Source: Flavobacteriales bacterium
Lineage (GTDB): Bacteria; Bacteroidota; Bacteroidia; Flavobacteriales_D; Sanyastnellaceae
Reading direction: 5' to 3'
Assembly: GCA_022447625.1 (NCBI GenBank)
Contig: JAKVAX010000016.1
Location: 20,766-84,765 of the forward strand
Length of the DNA stretch: 64,000 nucleotides
Both the position numbers and the translations under genes were made by a program. Shown piece after piece: positions 63,760 through 64,000 of this stretch. Below the pieces are notes generated by a model that saw only the letters and a list, made by a program, of their open reading frames with translations, had not been told where the DNA came from and ran no database searches. The stretch's first letter is position 1. Each line of letters opens with the position of its first letter.

Positions 63760-64000
63760 TTACGGCTTTCTACCCACCGCGTATGGCAACTCCTTCACAT
63801 TCCCATTTTGATCAACCAAAATGTACCTCGTTTGAACTTCAATCTTTACTTCGGGTTCTGTTTCGGCCACCACTACTTCCTCTTTCGGTTCCTCTTTTGG
63901 GCGTTCGATGAAGAGACGCACTTGGAGGTTGTAGGTGTATTGAACGGCTGGTTCAATGATTTCTGGATTGATCACGAAGTCGAAACCGTTGTAACCTACC
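63760..64000 (-). CDS. 3' end of an unidentified gene (reading frame open to the window edge; Glu/Pro/Lys-rich C-terminus)
   Basis: The frame stays open through 64000 (…VGYNGFDFVINPEIIEP…). No domain was recognised. Confidence 0.35.
   Translation of the reverse strand, partial: VGYNGFDFVINPEIIEPAVQYTYNLQVRLFIERPKEEPKEEVVVAETEPEVKIEVQTRYILVDQNGNVKELPYAVGRKP

Overview
This 64 kb window looks like a chromosomal segment from a Bacteroidota genome, probably a marine Flavobacteriia-like organism. The evidence is several secreted proteins ending in T9SS type-A C-terminal sorting domains, a SusC/TonB-dependent receptor with a carboxypeptidase-regulatory-like N-domain, a fused alpha/beta E1 dehydrogenase, and candidate TAnnTTTG -7 promoter motifs. 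Coding density is high, with about 47 genes. It is mostly housekeeping or metabolism (adk, obg, lpdA, aroE, glmM, bioB, bioD-bioF, psuG, murQ, mnmD) together with secreted hydrolases. No rRNA, tRNA, CRISPR array or obvious transposase/integrase was found. The most unusual locus is a tight five-gene operon on the minus strand (26031..34911): a YbjN-like protein, a PspA/IM30 protein, an NfeD-like membrane/OB-fold protein, a flotillin (SPFH) protein and a 1622-aa protein carrying a MoxR/AAA_5-like ATPase domain. An XRE-family regulator is divergently transcribed from it. This is a candidate uncharacterised membrane-remodelling or stress system. Other points worth a second look: (1) a complete trans-4-hydroxy-L-proline catabolic operon with a divergent AraC regulator; (2) a 1383-codon reading frame of tandem pre-peptidase-C-terminal (PPC)-like repeats ending in a canonical two-segment dockerin, interrupted by a single in-frame TAG; (3) a GH13 amylase with three CBM-like repeats, recurring ~20-aa Cys-bracketed linker loops and a single-segment dockerin-like tail, plus a promoterless relic of the same C-terminal architecture at 36.8 kb; (4) a T9SS-cargo gene relic that keeps only the signal peptide and the sorting domain; (5) a T9SS-sorted esterase-like protein whose nucleophile motif reads GQGTGG instead of GDSAGG; (6) related GC-rich repeat motifs flanking bioD-bioF. 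All homology calls come from reading the translated ORFs and recalling family motifs. No database search was run.
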